Source of the DNA: Candidatus Avacidaminococcus intestinavium | GTDB lineage: Bacteria; Bacillota; Negativicutes; Acidaminococcales; Acidaminococcaceae | Direction of reading: 5' to 3' | DNA length: 64,000 nucleotides | NCBI GenBank assembly: GCA_018714505.1 | Contig: DVNI01000040.1 | Coordinates: 13,158-77,157 of the forward strand | Shown here: one piece after another, positions 10,559 through 20,229 of the stretch | Layout: every line of letters starts with the position of its first letter | Numbering within the stretch: the stretch's first letter is position 1 | The notes under the pieces: generated by a model | Databases searched by the model: none | What the model was told of the DNA's origin: nothing | What the model saw: the letters and a program-made list of their open reading frames with translations, nothing else | Program-made: the position numbers and the translations under genes

Positions 10559-11914
10559 TTAGTCAAACCAGGCTTTGCGTAATAAAAGCAGTGCTGGCTT
10601 CAGTTCTTCTTCTTTAATACCAGCAAAAGAAAGTAAGATTTCAGGAAAAACCATTTGAGGTGTTTGGGGCAGTGAAATAATACGGACACCGATCGTTAAA
10701 GCTTTTTGATAAAGCAGCTTGCCACTAGTAGCGGTTTTGATTCGTAGCTTGATATGCAAGCCAGAGGTATAGGCCGTTACTTCGATGCGTTCACCAAAAA
10801 TTTCTTGGAGATATTGGCGTAAGAGAATATTTTTTTGCGCATATAATTTACGCAGACGCCGCACATGGCGACCCAAATGACCAGCAGCGATAAATTCTGC
10901 TAGCGTTAGCTGCTCAATAGTAGAAGACGTTTGATTAAAAAGCAAAGATTTTTCTCGATAGTAGGGCAACAATTTACTGGGTAATACCATATAACTAATA
11001 CGCAAAGAGGGCATGAGTAAACGAGAGAAAGAGCCAAAATAAATAACATTATCGCCGCCCTCTAAACCTTGTAAGGCACCAGTTGGACGGGCAAAGTAAC
11101 GAAATTCACCATTGTAGTCATCTTCAATAATAAAGCCATTGGTGTGTTTTGCCCAGTTCAGCAACTCAATACGTTCGTTAGCTGTGAGCATAGTGCCTTT
11201 ATAAGGATTTGTTGGACTAATAAAAAGTAAGGGCGGCAGGGTTTGTGTTTCTAAATCCTGCATCGTAAATTGTTCAACTTGCCAGCCCGCGCTAGCAAAT
11301 ATTAATTCTGCTTTTGCAAACCCTGGTGGTTCAAAAGCAGCTTTTTTATTTGTGATAGGCAAAGTATTGAGCAAAATAGCAAGTAAGCTCTGTAAGCCAG
11401 CTCCGATTACGATTTGCTCGGGTGCGGCAAGAACACCACGTGATTCATAGCTATAAGTAGCGAGTGCTTCACGTAACTTAGATTCTCCTTGCGCCTCACC
11501 GTAGCTCGCAATATTGGCAGGCGTTTTTAATGTGTTATTGGTGCAACGCCGCCAAAGAGCTGTATTAAATGTATGAATATCAATGTAGTTATTGGCAAAG
11601 TCATATAATGGTGGTTCTGGAATTTTTGGCGCAAAAGATGGCACTATAAGTGGAGTTTCCGTTTCTTGTAAATTAACTACGAGATAACCTTTTTGCGGTT
11701 GACTGATGATATAGCCATCGGTTAATAAGAGATTATAAGTGTTTTCGACGGTCGTGCGACTAAGATTTAACACGGCGGCGAGCTTACGAATCGAAGGCAA
11801 CTTATCAGCTGATTTTAAGTGTTGTTGGCGAATTTCTTTTTTGATATGTTCAGCCAATTGTTTATATAAAGGTACAGTAGTTTGGCGGGTTAGCGTAAAG
11901 TCTAAATCTAGCAT
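10559..11914 (-). CDS. MocR/PdxR-type regulator (GntR wHTH fused to a PLP-dependent aminotransferase-like domain)
   Basis: N-terminal LPSIRKLAAVLNLSRTTVENTY GntR helix-turn-helix, followed by a ~350-aa fold-type I aminotransferase-like domain. 451 aa. AAGGAG RBS. Confidence 0.85.
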   Translation of the reverse strand: MLDLDFTLTRQTTVPLYKQLAEHIKKEIRQQHLKSADKLPSIRKLAAVLNLSRTTVENTYNLLLTDGYIISQPQKGYLVVNLQETETPLIVPSFAPKIPEPPLYDFANNYIDIHTFNTALWRRCTNNTLKTPANIASYGEAQGESKLREALATYSYESRGVLAAPEQIVIGAGLQSLLAILLNTLPITNKKAAFEPPGFAKAELIFASAGWQVEQFTMQDLETQTLPPLLFISPTNPYKGTMLTANERIELLNWAKHTNGFIIEDDYNGEFRYFARPTGALQGLEGGDNVIYFGSFSRLLMPSLRISYMVLPSKLLPYYREKSLLFNQTSSTIEQLTLAEFIAAGHLGRHVRRLRKLYAQKNILLRQYLQEIFGERIEVTAYTSGLHIKLRIKTATSGKLLYQKALTIGVRIISLPQTPQMVFPEILLSFAGIKEEELKPALLLLRKAWFD

Positions 11915-11956
11915 GAATACGCTCCTTTGAACTTGATATTTAATTTAGGAGAGTAA

Positions 11957-13138
11957 TTATTTCGCCATTCGATAAATAGCTTCAATATCGGGTAAATCAA
12001 GTTTTTGAAAACCACCAATTGTACGCGTGCCCATGAAACTACATTTGTAAGCAAGTTCTTTGATTTGTTCTTCAGTAAGTTCAATGCCCATTTCGTGAAT
12101 TGAAGTCGGCATGCCAATGCTATGGAAAAACTCTTCCAAGGCTTCAATACCTTCTAAGGCAGTAGCGGCTGGATCATTAAAACGGTTGGGCACGCCCAAG
12201 ACGTTAACTGCGAGCTGGGCAAAGCGAGCAGGGTTGGTTTGACAAACATAACGTGCCCAACTACCCCAAATTGCAGCTAAACCGGCTCCGTGTGCTACAT
12301 CAAAGAGTCCGCTAAGTTCGTGCTCTAGTTGATGGGAGGACCAATCACCATAATTGCGATCGCCGGTCACACCATTGTGAGAAAGACTTGCTGCCCACAT
12401 AATGGCCGCTCGAGCTTCATAATCTTTGGGATTTTTAAGCGCAACTTTGGTATTGTACATCACGTTTATTAACAAGCTTTCTGCGATAGAATCTATTAAA
12501 GGCATTGTTTCACCAGTTGTGAAATAACGTTCTAAAGTATGCATGATGATATCAGTTGCGCCGCTAGCTGTTTGATAGGCTGGTAAAGAATAGGTAAGCT
12601 CTGGATTCATGATGGCAAACTGACAAAAGCCTGATTCATGAGTTAAAGAACGCTTGAGTAAACCATCTTCATTAGTAACGACAGAAACATTACTCATTTC
12701 ACTACCAGCAGCTGGAAGAGTAACGATCGTGCCTAGTGGCAAACAACCATTGGTAATACGTGCCTTACCAGTAAAAAGATCCCAAATATCAGCAGGGTTT
12801 TTAACGCCATAACCGATGGCTTTAGCACTATCAATAACGCTGCCACCACCTACGGCTAAGATAAAATCAATAGAATGAGCTTGGCAAAGTTCAATTCCTT
12901 CATAAACTTTGCTCAGACGAGGATTAGGGACTACGCCACCTAATTCATGGTAAGTGATATTAGCATCCTTTAAAGCAGCATAAACGCGGTCTAAGAGACC
13001 AGACTTTTTGGCGCTTGTACCACCATAATGAATAAGAATATTTTTATAACCACCCTTGGTTAGTAGCGAACCTACTTTATTTTCGGAGTTTTTACCAAAA
13101 ATAATTTTTGTTGGAGCAAGATAAGTAAATGCGTTCAT
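11957..13138 (-). CDS. iron-containing alcohol dehydrogenase (butanol dehydrogenase/YqhD-like)
   Basis: 393 aa. AVGGGSVIDSAK NAD(P)-binding motif and histidine-containing metal-site motifs (IMHTLERYF, SHQLEHELS). Confidence 0.88.
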   Translation of the reverse strand: MNAFTYLAPTKIIFGKNSENKVGSLLTKGGYKNILIHYGGTSAKKSGLLDRVYAALKDANITYHELGGVVPNPRLSKVYEGIELCQAHSIDFILAVGGGSVIDSAKAIGYGVKNPADIWDLFTGKARITNGCLPLGTIVTLPAAGSEMSNVSVVTNEDGLLKRSLTHESGFCQFAIMNPELTYSLPAYQTASGATDIIMHTLERYFTTGETMPLIDSIAESLLINVMYNTKVALKNPKDYEARAAIMWAASLSHNGVTGDRNYGDWSSHQLEHELSGLFDVAHGAGLAAIWGSWARYVCQTNPARFAQLAVNVLGVPNRFNDPAATALEGIEALEEFFHSIGMPTSIHEMGIELTEEQIKELAYKCSFMGTRTIGGFQKLDLPDIEAIYRMAK

Positions 13139-13178
13139 AAAAGAAAGCCACCTTTCAAGTTAATTTTAGTAGTATATT

Positions 13179-13766
13179 TTAAAGTGTTAAATGAGCAAAC
13201 GCAGGGGAGAGTTTTTTGTAAAGAGCATAGCCAAAGACCGCAACGATAGAGCCTTTGATTAAATTAAAGGGCATAATAACGTAGACAACGAAAGTAAATT
13301 TATCGTGAACGAAAGGAATAAGTTGAGCTGAAAAGGCGAAAATCTCATCGAGCGGTATAAAAAGAGAGAAGAGCGGTAGTAGTAAATAGTAGTTTGCTAA
13401 CATGGCAACGCTCGTCATGACTAGTATTCCTGCTAGTAAGGCCAAAAACGGTTGTTTTCCTTTTAACACGTGATGATATAAAAAGCCAACAGTGCCGATT
13501 AGACTGACACCAATTAGCATATTTGCAAGTTCGCCGATGCCACCAGTATTAGAAATAAAGAGGTGAATAAAGTTTCTAATAATTTGAATCAAAATACCCA
13601 GTGCGGGGCCAAAAATAAAAGTGGCTATTAATGCAGGTAAATCAGCAAAATCAAGTTTAATAAAGAGTGGAAATAAAGGTAAATTAAAATCAAATAATGA
13701 GAGAAGTGCTGCTAATGCTGAGAAACAAGCAACAAAAGCAATTTTTTGGGCTGTGAAATTTTTCAT
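13179..13766 (-). CDS. ECF transporter S component (RibU-like by eye; substrate uncertain)
   Basis: 195 aa with about 6 TM segments. KLDFADLPALIATFIFGP resembles the RibU/FmnP signature. No FMN riboswitch recognised upstream. Confidence 0.65.
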   Translation of the reverse strand: MKNFTAQKIAFVACFSALAALLSLFDFNLPLFPLFIKLDFADLPALIATFIFGPALGILIQIIRNFIHLFISNTGGIGELANMLIGVSLIGTVGFLYHHVLKGKQPFLALLAGILVMTSVAMLANYYLLLPLFSLFIPLDEIFAFSAQLIPFVHDKFTFVVYVIMPFNLIKGSIVAVFGYALYKKLSPAFAHLTL

Positions 13767-13878
13767 GTAGGAACCTCAAGTCTAGAAAACTTAGTATATG
13801 AGTATATTATAAGACAAAATTATACAATAAAACAAATAAAAATTAGGATTTTACAGTACTTTAACTAAAGTGATGATG

Positions 13879-13927
13879 CTAAAACAAAGCAAGAGTTTTC
13901 CTTTTGGGTAGGAAAACTCTTGCTTTG
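13879..13927 (-). terminator. rho-independent terminator downstream of the Dcu transporter gene
   Basis: 17-bp stem CAAAGCAAGAGTTTTCC / GGAAAACTCTTGCTTTG, followed by TTTT on the minus strand. Confidence 0.8.
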
Positions 13928-13940
13928 TAATCTTCTATTT

Positions 13941-15287
13941 TTAATAAACTAAGTGTACTAATATATAACCAGCAAGGCAGGCACTACCAACACCGATAAA
14001 ACCAGGAATTAAAAAGCTATGGTTGATAATAAATTTACCAATATTAGTTGTACCGGAGCGATCAAAACCAATGCAGGCAAGATCAGAAGGATAGGTCGGC
14101 AGGACGAAATAACCGTAAGCTGCTGGCATAAACCCGACGATGACTAAAGGATCGACACCGACACTTAAAGCCATCGGGACGATGACCGTTACCGCTGCTG
14201 CTTGCGAATTAATAAGTTTGGAAACTAAAAATAGTACGATGGCGTACATCCAGGGGTAGGCCAAAACAACGTTACTTAAAGTTTCACGCATTACTGGAAG
14301 GTAAGCGCCAAAATAAGTATCTGCCATCCAGGCAACGCCATAAACAGAAACAATGGCCGTCATGCCAGATTTAAAGACAGAACCAGAAGCTACTTCAGCA
14401 GTTTTAACGTTACAAAGCATCATGATAATAGCGGCAATGGATAGCATCATTAACTGAATGGTTGGGGTCATGGAGAAAGGTTTTAAAACACCTTTCGCAT
14501 CTGGGAATTTAGGCAACAATTGCGGAAAACTGCCAAATAAAGCAATAATACCAATGCCAAGTAGAAAAATGAGAGCAGCTTGATAAGCTGATTTTGGTAA
14601 TTTTATATTGAGCAGACTTTGTTCTTGTAAACCACCATAAATAAATTCTTTTTGCTCAGGGTCTGCTATTTTAGCTTGGAACTCTAAATCGTTATCAAGG
14701 TCTTTGCCGCGATTAATACTCCAGAGACCAGCAACGACAACGCCGACAAAGGTTGCAGGAATAGAAATGGAAAGAATTTGCATAACGCCAAAAGGATGTT
14801 CCGTTGCACCTAAAATGGCTACGACAGAAACTACGGCTACCGAGGCTGGAGAAGCGCAAACACCCATTTGTGAGGCAATGGAAGAAACGGACATGGGGCG
14901 CTCAGGCCTGATATTTTGCTTAATAGCAATATCGTAAATAATGGGAAACATTGCATAAACAACATGACCAGTACCACAGAGTACCGCTAAAAACCAAGTT
15001 GTTAAAGGTGCAAGGATGGTGATGTATTTGGGATTACTACGCAAAAACTTCTCTGCGTATTTGAGCATAACATCTAGCCCCTTTGAGGCTTGGAGAAACG
15101 CAGAACAAGTAACTACAGCCATGATGGTCAGCATAACATCGACCGGTGGTTTGCCTGGTTTTAAACCCATTACAAAAATGAAAAAAACTAAACCGATACC
15201 AGAAACCGTAGCAAGACCAATGCCGCCGCGGCGAACTCCTATGACTAGGCAGGTCATTAAGATAAGAAATCCTAAAAGCATTAACAT
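13941..15287 (-). CDS. anaerobic C4-dicarboxylate transporter (DcuA/DcuB family)
   Basis: Strong by-eye similarity to E. coli DcuA, including NPKYITILAPLTTWFL and RPERPMSVSSIASQMG. GGAGGTG RBS precedes ATG 15287; the track ORF start at 15332 is probably too long. Confidence 0.88.
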   Translation of the reverse strand: MLMLLGFLILMTCLVIGVRRGGIGLATVSGIGLVFFIFVMGLKPGKPPVDVMLTIMAVVTCSAFLQASKGLDVMLKYAEKFLRSNPKYITILAPLTTWFLAVLCGTGHVVYAMFPIIYDIAIKQNIRPERPMSVSSIASQMGVCASPASVAVVSVVAILGATEHPFGVMQILSISIPATFVGVVVAGLWSINRGKDLDNDLEFQAKIADPEQKEFIYGGLQEQSLLNIKLPKSAYQAALIFLLGIGIIALFGSFPQLLPKFPDAKGVLKPFSMTPTIQLMMLSIAAIIMMLCNVKTAEVASGSVFKSGMTAIVSVYGVAWMADTYFGAYLPVMRETLSNVVLAYPWMYAIVLFLVSKLINSQAAAVTVIVPMALSVGVDPLVIVGFMPAAYGYFVLPTYPSDLACIGFDRSGTTNIGKFIINHSFLIPGFIGVGSACLAGYILVHLVY

Positions 15288-15508
15288 GAAGACACCTCCG
15301 TAAAATAATAAAAATATAGCTAACGACAGCAAGGCTGAGGTAAAGCTGCTCTGCCTGGTCGAAGAGACCTTTAGTGAGCAAGTGGTAAAGATAGAATGCT
15401 TATATGCTACACAACATAAAGGCCATATAACAATTAGTATACACTAATATCTTTTTAAGCGCTATATATTTTGTGAAGTATTTTGTATTTTAAATACAAT
15501 TTCCAAGA

Positions 15509-15540
15509 CAAAAAAAACTACCAGTTTAAGTGGTAGTCTT
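15509..15540 (-). terminator. putative terminator downstream of the MBL-fold hydrolase gene
   Basis: ACTACCA-GTTTAAG-TGGTAGT hairpin flanked by an A-run and a T-run. The stem is only 7 bp. Confidence 0.5.
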
Positions 15541-15570
15541 TTTATGTTCCAATAATCATTTGTTGGAGGA

Positions 15571-16473
15571 TTAATTGTTGGTTAGCGCGCTGTAACGGAC
15601 GTAACCATTACTTAAGTTTACGGTAATTTGTTTAGTTTCATAAAGATAGTCTAGATAAGAGTGCAGCATTCTTTCAATTAATAAATGCTTTTGTAGGCTA
15701 TGAATGGGAATACGAAAATTTTTAATGACAGACATCGTAATTTCTTCAAAACTAGCAGATTCTTTGATTAAAGAAAGAATTTCTTTAGCTCGCTGTTGAT
15801 AAAAATCAATATTTAGAGTAATTAGGTCTTGAATATCTTCGTAGCAGCCTTTATGAGCAATAATATATTTTTGTGCAGTAATCTGGTAAAGCAGCTTTTT
15901 GCTTGCTAAATCTTCATTGAGTAAGTAAGCATAAGGCATTTTGGCGCCGCGCATAACTTTGTGACTGATGAGAGTATCACCAAGATAAGCAACGTCGTCA
16001 GGTGTTATAAGACAAATGTGATCAATGCTATGGCCAGGTGTATGAATGATTTGAAACGTCGTATTACAAATCGTGATGGTTGTTTGCTGTTCACTGATTA
16101 AAAAATCAGGTTGATTAATCATATGGCCGAACTGCTTTTTTAGAACGTTGACTGGTAAAGAATGAAAGTAGAGCTTGAGCGTAAGTGGGGAATGACAAAT
16201 AAAGGCTTCTAATTCAGGCATGGCAATCAGACAGTTATATTTAGCTTTGAAAAAAGAGTTATTACCGATATGGTCCGTATGAGAGTGCGTATTAATGATG
16301 GCCTTTATATTGAAGGAGTTTTCAATCAATAAATTAGTAATGCCTTGTTGTTCGCCTTCTGCCCAACCACTATCAAGCATAATAATATCATGTGCATTTA
16401 GTTTATAAAAAGGAATATAAGTCATGCCCGTATTGATACAAAAAGTGTTGCCTCTAACCTGAAAAATATTCAA
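15571..16473 (-). CDS. MBL-fold metallo-hydrolase
   Basis: HSHTDHIGNN (HxHxDH) zinc motif. 300 aa. TTG start preceded by AAGGAAGTGG. Confidence 0.8.
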   Translation of the reverse strand: MNIFQVRGNTFCINTGMTYIPFYKLNAHDIIMLDSGWAEGEQQGITNLLIENSFNIKAIINTHSHTDHIGNNSFFKAKYNCLIAMPELEAFICHSPLTLKLYFHSLPVNVLKKQFGHMINQPDFLISEQQTTITICNTTFQIIHTPGHSIDHICLITPDDVAYLGDTLISHKVMRGAKMPYAYLLNEDLASKKLLYQITAQKYIIAHKGCYEDIQDLITLNIDFYQQRAKEILSLIKESASFEEITMSVIKNFRIPIHSLQKHLLIERMLHSYLDYLYETKQITVNLSNGYVRYSALTNN

Positions 16474-16509
16474 GATTTTGCCACTTCCTTCGTTTTTCCA
16501 AAAACATAG

Positions 16510-16815
16510 TTACGTTAGAATTAAGTTTGCTACTAGAGAAGAAAAAATACTGCCAGCAACAATTAAGATTAAATTATATTCATAATATGCTAGAGCAATT
16601 GCTGCTAAGAAACCAATGAAGGTTGGAAACATTTGTGAGGAGACCGTATTGAAGGGCCCAGGGATGATTAAAGCACCAAGCGCCGCATAAGGAACAAGGC
16701 GCATAAATACTTTTAGGTAAGGGGCGAGGCTAAGATTTTTAAAAAGGACTAGTGGTAATACTCTAGGTAAGTAAGTTACTAAAGCCATGCCTATGATTAA
16801 GTAGATTAAGTCCAT
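16510..16815 (-). CDS. azlD: AzlD family branched-chain amino acid transport protein
   Basis: 101-aa hydrophobic protein that overlaps the end of the azlC-like gene by 10 nt. Confidence 0.75.
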   Translation of the reverse strand: MDLIYLIIGMALVTYLPRVLPLVLFKNLSLAPYLKVFMRLVPYAALGALIIPGPFNTVSSQMFPTFIGFLAAIALAYYEYNLILIVAGSIFSSLVANLILT

Positions 16816-17531
16816 TGATTACTCTCCTTAGCATAAAACATGGCACCTAAAGCTGCACTCGCTATGGTGGAGATAATAATTCCCCAACCCGAAGAGAGCC
16901 CTGCACTAAACGGCAAAATTGTATAAAGTGTATTTAGGCCCATGGCTAGCAGTGCAACAATTAATGCTGGTCGATATTTTTTCATTTGTGGAATTAAGAG
17001 ACCGATGAACATAGCATAGAGCGCAATACCCATACTGTTTTGCAAAATATCAGGTATAATCGCTCCAAAAAAGACACCTAACGCAGTGCCGCTGCTCCAC
17101 GCTAGGTAGGAAAGAGTATTTAGACCTAGTAAAAATGCTTTATCAAGGGATAGCTCTTTTTGAAAAGAAGCTACGGAAAATGTTTCATCAGTAATACCGA
17201 AAGCGAGGAGTGCTCGCCAAGGACTAGTGACCGTCTTGTCTAGTTTTTGTGAAAGTGTAGCGCTCATTAAAAAATGGCGCAAATTTAAAATAAAAGTAGT
17301 AAGAATAATTTCGCTGCTACCAGTGCCTAAGGCAAGTAAGTTAATTGCGATGAATTGACTAGCACCAGCATAAATTACTAAGGACATTAAACAGATTAAT
17401 GCGGGGTCAATGCCGACTGCTTTAGCTAAAATACCAAAGGTAATGGCGATCGGTAAATAACCAATGGCAATCGGTAGCGCAGCCTGGCAGCCTTGTGTAA
17501 AGTGCTGTCGCGAGGATTTTGATAAGGACAC
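16806..17531 (-). CDS. azlC: AzlC family branched-chain amino acid exporter component
   Basis: Polytopic, with AGASQF and ITDETF motifs typical of AzlC/YgaZ. GGAGG plus a 5-nt spacer precedes GTG 17531; the track ATG at 17558 is the alternative. Confidence 0.78.
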   Translation of the reverse strand: MSLSKSSRQHFTQGCQAALPIAIGYLPIAITFGILAKAVGIDPALICLMSLVIYAGASQFIAINLLALGTGSSEIILTTFILNLRHFLMSATLSQKLDKTVTSPWRALLAFGITDETFSVASFQKELSLDKAFLLGLNTLSYLAWSSGTALGVFFGAIIPDILQNSMGIALYAMFIGLLIPQMKKYRPALIVALLAMGLNTLYTILPFSAGLSSGWGIIISTIASAALGAMFYAKESNQWT

Positions 17532-17571
17532 GTTAACCTCCAAAAATTTTAAAATCATTTGATAAGTCTAA

Positions 17572-18354
17572 TTATAAACTATTTTTGGCGATTTCACCCA
17601 CATTTTCTAGTACTAAACGTGGTCGGTAGGGATATTTACTAATATCTTCGCGTGAAGTGACACCTGTTAATACGAGGATAGAGTCAAGTCCGCTTTCGAT
17701 GCCGGCGATAATATCGGTATCCATTCGGTCGCCAATCATTGCTGTTTCTTCTGAATGAATGCCTAAGATTTGAAGGCCTGTCCGCATCATCAAAGGGTTT
17801 GGTTTACCAACAAAATAAGCTTTTTTGCCGGTAGTCATTTCAATTGGCGCAACTAAAGCACGGCACGCTGGAATGATACCATGTTCAGAAGGACCAGTAA
17901 GATCTGAATTAGTACCAATGAGGCGAGCTCCATTTAAAACATGATGCATAGCACGGCAGATATGTTCATATTTATAGTCATTGGTTTCACCAAAGACAAC
18001 GTAGTCAGGATTAATGTCGTTAAAAACAATACCCGCTTCTTCTAAAGCGGTAAAGAGGCCAGGACCGCCAATAATATAGGCACTAGCACCTGGCGATTGA
18101 TGTTTGAGAAACTTCGCCGTAGCTAAAGCACTGGTGTAGAAATGTTCCTCATTAACTTCTAAGCCCATTCCCAGTAATTTGTTTTGTAAATCTTGTGGAG
18201 TTTTACTGCTATTATTTGTAAGAAAAAGAAACTGTTTATTTTCTTTTTGTAGCCAATTGACGAAATCTTTGACGCCTGGTAGTAAATAGTCACCTTTGTA
18301 AATGACGCCATCCATATCACAGATAAAACCTTTTTTTGCTTGTAAGATATTCAT
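17572..18354 (-). CDS. HAD-IIA family hydrolase (NagD-like phosphatase)
   Basis: DMDGVIY motif I, LTNNSS motif II, GKPN and GDRMDTDI motifs III/IV. GGAAGGA RBS precedes ATG 18354. Confidence 0.85.
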   Translation of the reverse strand: MNILQAKKGFICDMDGVIYKGDYLLPGVKDFVNWLQKENKQFLFLTNNSSKTPQDLQNKLLGMGLEVNEEHFYTSALATAKFLKHQSPGASAYIIGGPGLFTALEEAGIVFNDINPDYVVFGETNDYKYEHICRAMHHVLNGARLIGTNSDLTGPSEHGIIPACRALVAPIEMTTGKKAYFVGKPNPLMMRTGLQILGIHSEETAMIGDRMDTDIIAGIESGLDSILVLTGVTSREDISKYPYRPRLVLENVGEIAKNSL

Positions 18355-18568
18355 AGTACTTCCTTCCTTATACACATTGTTAACTTAATCATACCTAAAA
18401 AGTCTTAAAATGACCATGCCTATTAATTAAAATTGTGTAAAATTTTTCTAGTAGTAATTACGCAAAGATGATTATTTTTGCTATACTTGACATTAAAGGC
18501 GAGATGTATTAAATTTGATAAAATAAAGTATATTAAACTAGTATGAATAAAAATAAGGGAAAATCTCA

Positions 18569-19405
18569 GTGGGTGAAAAAATGAATGAACAAAAAATTGA
18601 AGCATTATTAGCATATATTAAAGGACTAGGTAGCGTTGCAGTTGCGTTTTCTGGTGGCGTAGACAGCTCGCTTTTAGCAGCAGCAGCGTATCGAGCTTTA
18701 GGGGATAAAGCAATTGCGGTGACCGCAGTGTCAGAAACGCTGTCAGAATTAGAACTAAGTGAGGCGCGTCAAACGGCAAACGCCATTGGTATTAAACATA
18801 CCGAAGTCTGGATTAGTGAACTAACGGACAAAAAGTTTGTCGCTAATGATAAGAACAGGTGTTATTATTGCAAACATTTACGCTTTTCGCAATTAGTGCA
18901 GCAAGCACAAGCGCAGGGATATGAATGGTTATTAGATGGTTCCAATGTTGATGACCTTGGTGATTATCGACCGGGTTTAGTCGCGGTGAAAGAACTAAAG
19001 CAAGTGGTTTCTCCGTTTTTAGTAACAGGTTTTACCAAAAAGGAAATTAGGGAATTATCGCACCAATGGCAACTGCCTACTTGGGATAAACTTAGTATGC
19101 CTTGTTTATCGTCAAGAGTTGCTTATGGCGAGGAAATTACGAAGTCCCGTTTGCGTCAAATTGAAAAAGCAGAAGAAGTTGTTAAGAACTATATTACAGG
19201 TCCTGTGCGTGTTCGCCACCATGGTGATATAGCTAGAATCGAAGTTGCAAGTCATGTGCTAGGCGTTTTGGTGGTGCCAGAAGTGGCAAGTCAGATTAAC
19301 CAAGCGTTAAAAGCATTAGGCTTTCGTTATGTGACAATTGATTTAGGTGGTTATCAGTCAGGTAGTTTAAATCAACAACTAGAACTACCTAATATACAAA
19401 AATAA
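18569..19405 (+). CDS. larE: LarE-like ATP-dependent sulfur transferase (PP-loop ATP pyrophosphatase)
   Basis: PP-loop AFSGGVDSS, a conserved cysteine region (CYYCK), and C-terminal VRVRHHGDIARIE, typical of the LarE/TIGR00268 family. Alternative start at ATG 18581. Confidence 0.75.
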   Translation: MGEKMNEQKIEALLAYIKGLGSVAVAFSGGVDSSLLAAAAYRALGDKAIAVTAVSETLSELELSEARQTANAIGIKHTEVWISELTDKKFVANDKNRCYYCKHLRFSQLVQQAQAQGYEWLLDGSNVDDLGDYRPGLVAVKELKQVVSPFLVTGFTKKEIRELSHQWQLPTWDKLSMPCLSSRVAYGEEITKSRLRQIEKAEEVVKNYITGPVRVRHHGDIARIEVASHVLGVLVVPEVASQINQALKALGFRYVTIDLGGYQSGSLNQQLELPNIQK

Positions 19406-19428
19406 AAATAAATGGGGGCAGATGTATT

Positions 19429-20199
19429 TTGCATGCATTTTCACGTACAGAAATGTTAATCGGTAAAGAAGGACTAGCTATTTTGTCGGCAGCCAAAGTC
19501 GCTGTTTTCGGTGTTGGTGGCGTTGGTACTTATGTGGCAGAAGCATTAGCTCGTGCTGGTGTTGGTCATTTGGTTTTAGTCGATGATGATACGATTTGTT
19601 TAACGAATACTAATCGACAATTGCATAGCCTAAGATCCACCATCGGTCAAGCAAAGGTCGAAGCGATGAAAGCAAGGCTCTTAGATATTAATCCGTCTAT
19701 TCAAGTAGAAGTAAAAAAAGAATTTTATTTACCAGAAAAAGCAACGACCTTAATTACTGATGATTGTGCTTATCTCGTTGATGCGTTGGATACTGTTACA
19801 GCAAAGATTGATATAGTAATGCAAGGCGCTAAGCATCATATTCCAGTCATCAGTGCGATGGGAGCGGGTAATAAATTAGACCCGACAAAAATTAAGTTAA
19901 CGGATATTTTTAAAACAACGATTTGTCCATTAGCTAAGGTCATGCGTAAAGAATTAAGAAAGCGAGGCATTAAGAGTTTAAAGGTAGTTTATTCAGAAGA
20001 ACAACCAGTGGTTGCGCAGCACTTAGCAGAAAATAATTGTCATACACACTGTATTTGCCCCGCAGAGTCAGCGAAACATTGCTTAGAAAAACGTGCTGTG
20101 CCAGGGAGTATTTCCTATGTGCCAGGTATTGTGGGATTAATGATTGCAGGAACAGTTATTAATGATTTATTGCAAACGGCAAAAAGTTGTGAAGAGTAA
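19429..20199 (+). CDS. tcdA: tRNA threonylcarbamoyladenosine dehydratase (ThiF/E1-like, TcdA/CsdL)
   Basis: FGVGGVGTYVAEALARAGVG Rossmann motif, DDDTICLTNTNRQ. The N-terminus matches the B. subtilis YrvM-type MxxFSRxExxIGKEG, which supports the TTG 19429 start. Confidence 0.82.
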   Translation: MHAFSRTEMLIGKEGLAILSAAKVAVFGVGGVGTYVAEALARAGVGHLVLVDDDTICLTNTNRQLHSLRSTIGQAKVEAMKARLLDINPSIQVEVKKEFYLPEKATTLITDDCAYLVDALDTVTAKIDIVMQGAKHHIPVISAMGAGNKLDPTKIKLTDIFKTTICPLAKVMRKELRKRGIKSLKVVYSEEQPVVAQHLAENNCHTHCICPAESAKHCLEKRAVPGSISYVPGIVGLMIAGTVINDLLQTAKSCEE

Positions 20200-20229
20200 A
20201 TTAGCTTAAGCAGTAATGGAGGTGTAAAC

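Noticed and set aside
13767-13880. An FMN riboswitch upstream of the RibU-like ECF S component.
   Set aside because: The leader is only about 110 nt, AT-rich, and lacks the conserved FMN-element helices, so the substrate is left unassigned.
18423-18614. A 63-aa minus-strand ORF in the HAD/larE divergent intergenic region, plus 11908-12147, 22166-22375 and 2084-2266.
   Set aside because: They are AT-rich, low-complexity translations that overlap promoters, terminators or neighbouring gene ends. They have no RBS and no recognisable similarity.
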